In this document: in pieces, positions 57,004 through 64,000 of the stretch
How the letters are laid out: each line of letters opens with the position of its first letter
Numbering within the stretch: position 1 is the stretch's first letter
DNA from: an uncultured Oscillospiraceae bacterium
GTDB taxonomy: Bacteria; Bacillota; Clostridia; Oscillospirales; Ruminococcaceae
Length of the DNA stretch: 64,000 nucleotides
Direction: 5' to 3'
NCBI GenBank assembly: GCA_910586535.1
Contig: CAJUHS010000002.1
Span: forward strand, 167,790 to 231,789
The notes under the pieces: model-generated
Database searches by the model: none
The model's input: the letters and a program-made list of their open reading frames with translations, nothing else
What the model was told of the DNA's origin: nothing
Translations under genes and position numbers: made by a program

Positions 57004-58575
57004 TTATTTCTGAGTACCCACATCAAGGCTCGACTTAGTATCCGTAAAAACAGCCATGTCGCAGCTCTCGTCCAAAACGATCGGGAATACCTGTCCGCTC
57101 TCGCATATACGGTCGGACCTGACAGTCTTAAACCTGCTGATAAGACCTAATATCTGGATGGTCAGCAAAGGAGTCATAGCTACCATTGCAACGATCCCGA
57201 ATGCGTCGGTGGAAATATTTCCTCCTCTGGCAGCACAGGCTCCCATAGCAAGAGGAAGCAGAAATGTGGCAGTTAATGGTCCGGAGGCAACGCCGCCGGC
57301 GTCAAACGCTACCGAAGTAAAAATAGGCGGTACAAGCAAGCTTATAATAAGAGCAAGAACATAGCCGGGTACCAAAAACCATAAAATGGATACTCCAGTG
57401 AGCACCCTAACCATGGATATACCGACCGAAGCGGCAACGCCCAGCGCAAGGCTTATCCCAAGAGAACGCCCGGAAATACGTCCTTCGGTAATTGTCTCAA
57501 CCTGCTGCTTCAGCACGTGTACCGCAGGCTCTGCCGATACGATAAAGTAGCCGATCAGCGCACCTATAGGGACAAGCAGCCAGGAGCCTCTTCCTCCCGC
57601 AAGATTTTCTCCTATGTGCTGACCGACAGGCATAAACCCCACGTTTGCCCCTGTCAGAAACAGTACCAGTCCTACATATGTGAATCCAAGTCCCACAAAA
57701 ATTTTAAGCATGGTTTTCGTGTCAAGCTTGAGAAATATTACATCAAAAACAAGAAAGAAAACCACAATAGGAATAAATGCTGAAGCCACGTCCTCTATGT
57801 AATGCGGAAAAGCCCGCAGAAATTCGCGGAAACTTTCAGAAATAATATCATAATTTTCAGGATGAGTAAGAGTCTGTTCGGCAGTTTCGGTACTGTTCAG
57901 AGCGCCAAGCAAAAGCACGGTAAGGATAGGTCCGATAGAACACATAGCAACCAGGCCGAAGCTGTCCTCCGCAGAGGTCTTATCGCCGCGGATAGATGAA
58001 AGTCCAAGACCGAGAGCCATTATGAACGGCACAGTAATAGGTCCGGTGGTAACTCCGCCCGAATCAAAGGCAGCCGGTATAAAGCTCGGAGAAATAAGCG
58101 GTGAACAGGCAAAAATAAATATCAGCGCATAAAAAGCTATGAATACCGCCGATATTTTTACCTGCATAAAAATACGCAGAAATGCAAGGGTAAGGAAAAT
58201 TCCCACGCCAACGCCCACCGACCATATCATGATCTGTGTATCGACAATGGGAGTCTGCTCCGCAAGAACCTTTAGGTCAGGCTCTGCAACGGTAACAAGC
58301 ACTCCTATCAGAAAACAAACCGGAAGGATAAAGGCAATTTTTCTGGACTTTGTAAGACGTGCTCCGATCTTTTCGCCGATAATTATCATAGACGTATCTG
58401 CTCCAAGCGTAAACATTCCAATGCCTACAATGAGCAAGATAGTTCCGACAAAAAAGGAAAAGAACATCTCGCCGCTGAGCGGAACGACCGTTACCGACAG
58501 CAAAAAAACCACAGCCGCCACGGGAAGCACAGCTCCCAAAGATTCTTTTATCTTTTCAATAAGGTTTTTCTGCAT
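57004..58575 (-). CDS. Fused double-DUF1538 integral membrane protein (putative permease)
   Basis: About 520 aa; two homologous halves, each about 6 TM with a conserved …VAEPD/SAEPA… motif (TVAEPDLKVLAEQ and IVSAEPAVHVLKQQ). GGAAAGGAG RBS before the ATG at 58575. Confidence 0.65.
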   Translation of the reverse strand: MQKNLIEKIKESLGAVLPVAAVVFLLSVTVVPLSGEMFFSFFVGTILLIVGIGMFTLGADTSMIIIGEKIGARLTKSRKIAFILPVCFLIGVLVTVAEPDLKVLAEQTPIVDTQIMIWSVGVGVGIFLTLAFLRIFMQVKISAVFIAFYALIFIFACSPLISPSFIPAAFDSGGVTTGPITVPFIMALGLGLSSIRGDKTSAEDSFGLVAMCSIGPILTVLLLGALNSTETAEQTLTHPENYDIISESFREFLRAFPHYIEDVASAFIPIVVFFLVFDVIFLKLDTKTMLKIFVGLGFTYVGLVLFLTGANVGFMPVGQHIGENLAGGRGSWLLVPIGALIGYFIVSAEPAVHVLKQQVETITEGRISGRSLGISLALGVAASVGISMVRVLTGVSILWFLVPGYVLALIISLLVPPIFTSVAFDAGGVASGPLTATFLLPLAMGACAARGGNISTDAFGIVAMVAMTPLLTIQILGLISRFKTVRSDRICESGQVFPIVLDESCDMAVFTDTKSSLDVGTQK

Positions 58576-58736
58576 AAACCGGCTCCTTTCCTCATTTATT
58601 TTACCCGTTAAATAAAAAAACGCATATATGCTGACAGGCAAAACCATAAAGGCAAGCCGCTATCCGTTGTATCCACTACCACGAAATTACTGCTTCCCTT
58701 ATGAAAAAGTTACTGTCGGCATAAAGCGCAAAACTT

Positions 58737-58997
58737 TTATCTGTGCGGTCTCGAACTTACCGTGGTGATCGCTTTTGTTACAGCTACGTCAATATCTATA
58801 GTGTTCTGATATTTGGTAGTATCCAGTCTGCTGAACAGCTCTCCTTTGTGGGAATTTACATACTTGGGCTTAAGAGCGTTAAGAGCCAGCGCCATCATAT
58901 CGTCCATGCATTTATCGCATTTGCAGCAGTCCACCTCTTGTAAAAGGAATTCAAGCCGTCCCCTTACAACACTCTCCATAACATTAACAACAGCCAT
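58737..58997 (-). CDS. ComFB family protein (small Cys-cluster protein)
   Basis: 86 aa; …EVDCCKCDKCMDDMMALALN… matches the ComFB CCxCxxC signature. Confidence 0.6.
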   Translation of the reverse strand: MAVVNVMESVVRGRLEFLLQEVDCCKCDKCMDDMMALALNALKPKYVNSHKGELFSRLDTTKYQNTIDIDVAVTKAITTVSSRPHR

Positions 58998-59045
58998 CGC
59001 AACATCAACATCCTTTCATCTATACCGTCAGAAATCCACGCTTAA

Positions 59046-60221
59046 TTAGAGCGATACATTTCTGTTTATGACCTCAATGCACATTCTTCCGTTGTGATAC
59101 GGACATTTCCACGGGTTTACCATGTTGACAGTCTGCATAGGCTTGCCGTCAAAGTCAACCTCTCCCCACCATTCCGAATTTTCACGCTTATCAGTCTGTT
59201 TAGTTTCTATCCACTCAAAAACCTTATCGGCAGCGTCAAGGAACTTTTTGTCTCCGCCCTGCTGAAACGCGTTCACAAAGCCGACCACGCTTTCCGCCTG
59301 TACCCACCAGACGCGTTTTTTGTCAACCTTGTCATTTTCACGTTCATTGTTTACCGCTCCGTTTTCAAAAGCGATATCGTATATATTTTCGGCGATACGC
59401 AGGTCAATAAACCGCCATTTCGCCATGAAACGTCTTTCCCCTATTACCTCACAGGCTCTGTCAATGAGCCATGACGCTTCGATATCGTGACCGTAGGAAT
59501 GGATATCCCCTATCTCGTTAAACTCACGGTCAAAGAACACCCGCAGGCAGTTTTTGCCTCCGTTAAAAATCTTGTCCTCGGCAATCTTTAACAGGAACAT
59601 CAGCCGTTCCTCTATATGAGCGCTCTCTCCGTTTTCACAGGCCTCAAGCAGTACTGTATAGGCTTCGATAAGGTGCAGAACAGTATTCATGGTCTTGTCA
59701 GCCATAAGACCATTCTCCGAAAGCGCGTCGTTCGGGATTATCTGCCAATCCTCAGACATAGCTTCAAGGTACGCCACATCGTCCCTGCACTTGTCCTCAA
59801 CCGTATGGAAAAGCTCCAGCGCAAGATCGAGAGCCGTTTTGTCCTTTGAGGCAAGATAATACGCCGACAAAGCATATATGGCAAACGCCTGATTGTAAGT
59901 ATGCTTCATGGTATCGATGGGCTTGCCGTCGTAAGTCATCATCCACCAAACGCCGCCGTTGACCGTATCCACGCATTTTTTCAGGAACTCATAGGCATGG
60001 CGGGCATTGTCAAGCAGATATTCGTCTCCCAGCGTTCTGTAGCATGATGAATAAAACCACAATATCCGCGACGTAAGTATCACGCCTTTGTCGGCAGTCT
60101 TATCCACATTCAGATCGTTGTCCATAAAACCGTAGAAACCGCCGTTTTCATCGTCCCGAAGTCTGTTCCAGAAAGGCAGGATACGCTCCGTAAGTTCTTT
60201 TCTGCATTTATCAGCCAGCAT
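59046..60221 (-). CDS. N-acylglucosamine 2-epimerase (AGE) family epimerase/isomerase (cellobiose/mannobiose 2-epimerase-like)
   Basis: 391 aa; (alpha/alpha)6-barrel AGE pattern (…GGFYGFMD…, …HTYNQAFAIYALSAYY…, …WWVQAE…). Confidence 0.8.
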   Translation of the reverse strand: MLADKCRKELTERILPFWNRLRDDENGGFYGFMDNDLNVDKTADKGVILTSRILWFYSSCYRTLGDEYLLDNARHAYEFLKKCVDTVNGGVWWMMTYDGKPIDTMKHTYNQAFAIYALSAYYLASKDKTALDLALELFHTVEDKCRDDVAYLEAMSEDWQIIPNDALSENGLMADKTMNTVLHLIEAYTVLLEACENGESAHIEERLMFLLKIAEDKIFNGGKNCLRVFFDREFNEIGDIHSYGHDIEASWLIDRACEVIGERRFMAKWRFIDLRIAENIYDIAFENGAVNNERENDKVDKKRVWWVQAESVVGFVNAFQQGGDKKFLDAADKVFEWIETKQTDKRENSEWWGEVDFDGKPMQTVNMVNPWKCPYHNGRMCIEVINRNVSL

Positions 60222-60253
60222 ACAAAATCTTCATCTTCCTTTTATGGTAATAT

Positions 60254-61540
60254 TTATCTTTCGCCGAACCTGTTCATTACAAGTCCCGTTATAAGTTTGG
60301 GATAAAAATAAGTGGATTTCTGCGGCATCTTCTCGCCCGCCGCGGCAACGTCCCTGATTTCGGAAACCTTTGTGGGATTCAGAATAAAGGAGCAGTCCGC
60401 ACCGTCAATATCCACCGCCCTCAGAGCCTCCTCCCGGGAACGGGTGTAGCCAAGGTTCTTCTGGTTCGCCATATTTTCCTTGTCTATTCCGAAAATTCTC
60501 TCAAGCACAAGACTGTGCAGCACCGAAACGTCCAGACCGCAGTAAGCGTCCGACATATCAGGCAGCAGCCTTTTGACAGCAGTTTCGTCCTTTAAAGTCA
60601 TAACAAAGCAATTTCCAGCGCCGACGTACATAGCAAAAGCCTTTTTACCCTCATCGTATGCCATATTAAGAGCCGCCTGCATACGACCCTCATCGGGGGC
60701 CTCAGAAACAGTAAAGTAGTTCCTGCATTCATCAATAATTTTTTCCGCGTTAAACTCTGCCAGACCGTGTACTATCCTGTGCGTGGGAAAAACAACCAAT
60801 CCATTATTTTCCATATTTACAAGCATCATCATAACGTAACCGCTTCTGTCGCCGGGAACAGCCTTTCCCGAAGCGCAAAGACTTCTGTGAAAATTCAGAG
60901 CCGTTTCATAGCGGTGATGACCGTCAGCAATGTACAGTTTTTTATCCACAAAAGCCTTAGTAAGCTTTGAAATCGTATTTTTGTCGGAAATCCTCCACAT
61001 TCTGTGGACAGTACCGTCTCCGTCGGTGACCTCCATATCAGGCGCACCATTTGAACTTCCGTCTATAATGCCGTAGACTGAATTATCCTCATCCATGTAG
61101 AGAGAATATATCTGACTGAAATTGCAGAAAGTCTCGCCCATAAGGTCGAATCTGTCCTGCTTGGCTTTTGAAAGGGTCTCCTCGTGAGGAAGAACTATTC
61201 CCTCGGAAAAATCCGTAAGCCTTACAAGGGATACAAATCCTTTCAGGGAACGCTTTGCACCATTTGCCGTAAACTGCATTTCATAGACGTAAACACCGTC
61301 CTCTCCATCGCAGGCAAGAATTTCTCCGTCAAGCCATTTATCAAGCGTGTCTCCCGCTTCTCTGTATCTTTCATCACCGCCCTTGGGCAATTCAAGACGG
61401 ATTATATTATAAGGGTTCTTTTCGATGTAACTCTCGCGCTGAGCGTCGGAAATTATATCATAGGGAGGACACACCAGCGTATTAAGCGATCCGCCGCTAT
61501 CCGTATATCTCATACCTTTGAAAGCTTTTATTTCAGCCAT
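60254..61540 (-). CDS. DUF1015 domain-containing protein
   Basis: About 430 aa from MAEIKAFKGMRY…; …LYIADGHHRYETAL… motif typical of DUF1015. Confidence 0.7.
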   Translation of the reverse strand: MAEIKAFKGMRYTDSGGSLNTLVCPPYDIISDAQRESYIEKNPYNIIRLELPKGGDERYREAGDTLDKWLDGEILACDGEDGVYVYEMQFTANGAKRSLKGFVSLVRLTDFSEGIVLPHEETLSKAKQDRFDLMGETFCNFSQIYSLYMDEDNSVYGIIDGSSNGAPDMEVTDGDGTVHRMWRISDKNTISKLTKAFVDKKLYIADGHHRYETALNFHRSLCASGKAVPGDRSGYVMMMLVNMENNGLVVFPTHRIVHGLAEFNAEKIIDECRNYFTVSEAPDEGRMQAALNMAYDEGKKAFAMYVGAGNCFVMTLKDETAVKRLLPDMSDAYCGLDVSVLHSLVLERIFGIDKENMANQKNLGYTRSREEALRAVDIDGADCSFILNPTKVSEIRDVAAAGEKMPQKSTYFYPKLITGLVMNRFGER

Positions 61541-61560
61541 TTTCGGACTCCAATCACAAA

Positions 61561-64000
61561 TTATTTCAGATCCATTCCGCAGCATTTTTTATATTTTTTG
61601 CCGCTTCCGCAGGGACAAGGGTCGTTCCTGCCGACCTTGCCCTTAACTTTTCTCGGAGAATTTGCTACAGTACCGTCTCCGCCTGTATCCTCAGGTTTCA
61701 TTACCTGTTCACGCTTTGGAGCCTGCTCGTTTGGCTTGAGCTGAATAGTAAACAGCAGACGGATAGTTTCCTCACGGATAGACTCGACCATAGCGTCGAA
61801 CATCTCAAAGCCCTCGAAACGGTACTCTACAACGGGATTTTTCTGACCGTAGGAACGCAGACCGATACCGCGCTTCAGCTCCTCCATATCGTCAATGTGA
61901 GCCATCCATTTAATATCGACGATCTTCAAAAGAATAACACGTTCAAGCTCTCTGAGTACCTCGGAACCGATTTTCTCCTCTTTCTGCTTGTAGAAATCCA
62001 AAGCTCTTCCCACAAGCTTATCCACAATATCCTTTTTAAAAGTGCTTTCAAGCTCCTCGGTGGTGTAACGGAAATCCTCGTTCACAGTAAACAGACCCAT
62101 AAATCTATCCCGCAGACCCGCAAGGTTCCAGTCGTCCTTTACACCGTCGTCCAAGAGGTACTGATCGACAGTCTCGGAAATCATGTCCTGTATCATTTTA
62201 AGAATGTACTCGTGAATGTCCTCGCCGTCAAGCACCTTAGCCCTCTGGCTGTAGATAATCTGTCTTTGAGCGGACATAACATCATCGTAGTTGAGCACGT
62301 TTTTACGTATAGCAAAGTTCCTGCCCTCTACCTTTTTCTGAGAGGACTCAATGACCTTTGTCAGCATTTTGGCTTCGATAGGCATATCCTCTTCCACCTT
62401 GAGGACTTCCATCATGCCGGTTATCCTGTCGCCGCCGAAAAGACGCATAAGATCGTCCTCAAGTGACAGGAAGAAACGGCTCTCGCCCACGTCTCCCTGA
62501 CGTCCGGAACGTCCGCGGAGCTGGTTATCGATACGCCTCGACTCGTGTCTTTCCGTACCAAGAATGAACAGACCGCCCGCTTCCTTGACCTTTTCAGCCT
62601 TTTCTTTTACCTCGGCATTATACTTTTCGTAAAGCTCGCGGTATATCTTACGGGCATTGAGAATATCCTCGTTGTCAGTCTCGGCGTAGCTTATAGCCTC
62701 GTTTATAAGGTCGTCATCCATACCCTGTTTTTTCATTTCGGCTTTCGCCATAAATTCGGCGTTACCGCCGAGAATTATGTCGGTACCGCGTCCGGCCATG
62801 TTTGTGGCAATGGTAACGGCTCCGTACTTACCTGCCTGAGCTACGATCTCGGCTTCCTTTTCATGCTGCTTCGCATTAAGAACGTTATGCTTTATGCCCT
62901 TTTTGGAAAGCATTTTAGAAAGCACTTCCGATTTTTCGATAGACACCGTTCCAACGAGTACCGGCTGACCTTTTTCATGACACTCTTCTATCTGCCGTAT
63001 AGCAGCAATAAACTTGCCGTGCTCGGTCTTGAACACAACGTCGGGGTGATCCTTACGCTGAACGGGACGGTTTGTAGGTATCTCTATAACGTCCAGCTTG
63101 TAGATCTCCTTAAACTCTTCCTCTTCGGTCATGGCGGTACCCGTCATACCGGAGAGCCTTTTATAAAGACGGAAATAGTTCTGGAACGTAATGCTCGCCA
63201 ACGTCTTGGACTCATGAGCGACCTTTACGCCCTCCTTTGCCTCTATAGCCTGGTGCAGACCGTCATTAAAGCGGCGGCCCATCATAAGACGTCCGGTAAA
63301 CTCGTCAACGATGATAACCTCGCCGTCCTTGACAACGTAGTCGATATCGTTTTTCATTACACCGTTAGCTTTGAGAGCCTGATTTACATGGTGAAGCAGA
63401 GTTGAATTGTCCGCGTCAAACAGGTTTACAACGTTAAAGTACTTCTCCGCCTTTTTAACGCCCTGTCTGGTGATAGTGGCGGTCTTGGCCTTTTCGTCGA
63501 TGATATAGTCGCTGTTCTCGGAAGCTTCCTCCTGATCCACCTTGTTGTCCATTTCAACAACGATATAGGGCTTTAAGGTCTTTGCAAACTTATCCGCGAG
63601 AGTGTAAAGCTCTGTTGACTTATCACCCTTTCCAGAAATAATAAGCGGCGTTCTCGCCTCGTCTATAAGGATAGAGTCAACCTCGTCCACAATGGCAAAG
63701 TGGTGCTCGCGCTGTACCTTGTCCTTTTTGTAGATCACCATGTTATCTCGGAGATAGTCGAAACCGAACTCATTGTTTGTACCGTAAGTTATATCGCAGT
63801 TATAGGCAGCGCGTCTCTGGTCATTATTCAGCTCGTGAAGGATACAGCCGATAGTCAGCCCGAGATAGCGGTACACCTTGCCCATTTCCTCAGACTGGAA
63901 CTTAGCCAGATAGTCGTTTACCGTAACTACGTGAACGCCCTTTCCCTCCAGAGCACAGAGATAAGACGCGCAGCAGGCAACGAGAGTTTTACCCTCGCCT
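61561..64000 (-). CDS. secA: Preprotein translocase ATPase SecA. The N-terminal ~110 aa lie beyond the window end.
   Basis: DEAD-like motor motifs (…[19 protein letters not shown]…, …GMTGTA…), C-terminal zinc finger [14 protein letters not shown]. Reading frame continues open to position 64000. Confidence 0.95.
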   Translation of the reverse strand, partial: GEGKTLVACCASYLCALEGKGVHVVTVNDYLAKFQSEEMGKVYRYLGLTIGCILHELNNDQRRAAYNCDITYGTNNEFGFDYLRDNMVIYKKDKVQREHHFAIVDEVDSILIDEARTPLIISGKGDKSTELYTLADKFAKTLKPYIVVEMDNKVDQEEASENSDYIIDEKAKTATITRQGVKKAEKYFNVVNLFDADNSTLLHHVNQALKANGVMKNDIDYVVKDGEVIIVDEFTGRLMMGRRFNDGLHQAIEAKEGVKVAHESKTLASITFQNYFRLYKRLSGMTGTAMTEEEEFKEIYKLDVIEIPTNRPVQRKDHPDVVFKTEHGKFIAAIRQIEECHEKGQPVLVGTVSIEKSEVLSKMLSKKGIKHNVLNAKQHEKEAEIVAQAGKYGAVTIATNMAGRGTDIILGGNAEFMAKAEMKKQGMDDDLINEAISYAETDNEDILNARKIYRELYEKYNAEVKEKAEKVKEAGGLFILGTERHESRRIDNQLRGRSGRQGDVGESRFFLSLEDDLMRLFGGDRITGMMEVLKVEEDMPIEAKMLTKVIESSQKKVEGRNFAIRKNVLNYDDVMSAQRQIIYSQRAKVLDGEDIHEYILKMIQDMISETVDQYLLDDGVKDDWNLAGLRDRFMGLFTVNEDFRYTTEELESTFKKDIVDKLVGRALDFYKQKEEKIGSEVLRELERVILLKIVDIKWMAHIDDMEELKRGIGLRSYGQKNPVVEYRFEGFEMFDAMVESIREETIRLLFTIQLKPNEQAPKREQVMKPEDTGGDGTVANSPRKVKGKVGRNDPCPCGSGKKYKKCCGMDLK

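Noticed and set aside
62545-63405. 286-aa plus-strand ORF and neighbouring 189-aa ORF (61897-62466)
   Set aside because: Both lie antisense inside secA.
1-64000. Mobile elements, prophage, CRISPR arrays, tRNA genes
   Set aside because: I scanned for transposase/integrase/recombinase-like ORFs, direct-repeat arrays and tRNA-like cloverleaf segments in all intergenic regions and found none. The window reads as stable core chromosome.

Overview
This window is a 64 kb Firmicutes (Clostridia-like, probably Oscillospiraceae/Ruminococcaceae, about 47% GC) chromosomal segment. It is dense core-genome sequence, mostly on the minus strand. I saw no transposase, integrase, CRISPR array or tRNA. Recognisable housekeeping genes include thrC, rnhB, rbgA, lepB, rplS, mltG, a PBP1A, rpe, holA, comEC, alaS, a flotillin/NfeD pair, glnN (type III GS), ackA, tmcAL, rpmE, the dgt-dnaG-rpoD operon, an Rrf2 regulator and secA. 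The six-frame ORF track missed one RNA gene: a complete RNase P RNA (rnpB) on the minus strand at about 54765-55150, with both P4 signature motifs, its own sigma-A promoter and a terminator. The most unusual content is in five places. (1) An orphan RnfD-RnfE-RnfA-like membrane triplet with no RnfC/G/B. (2) An operon of a fused double-DUF1538 membrane protein, a tandem P-II-like protein and an unknown protein. (3) Two tandem paralogous membrane-anchored FecR-like proteins, one carrying Flg_new repeats. (4) An MBOAT/DHHW O-acyltransferase pair. (5) A TIGR03960 radical SAM / TIGR03936 pair. Further observations: two nearly identical GGATAGAAAC-stem terminators 12.6 kb apart, a double palindromic operator at marR, and a secreted Tyr-rich repeat protein behind a perfect consensus promoter. 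All calls rest on reading the translated ORFs and the DNA directly; no database search was run.
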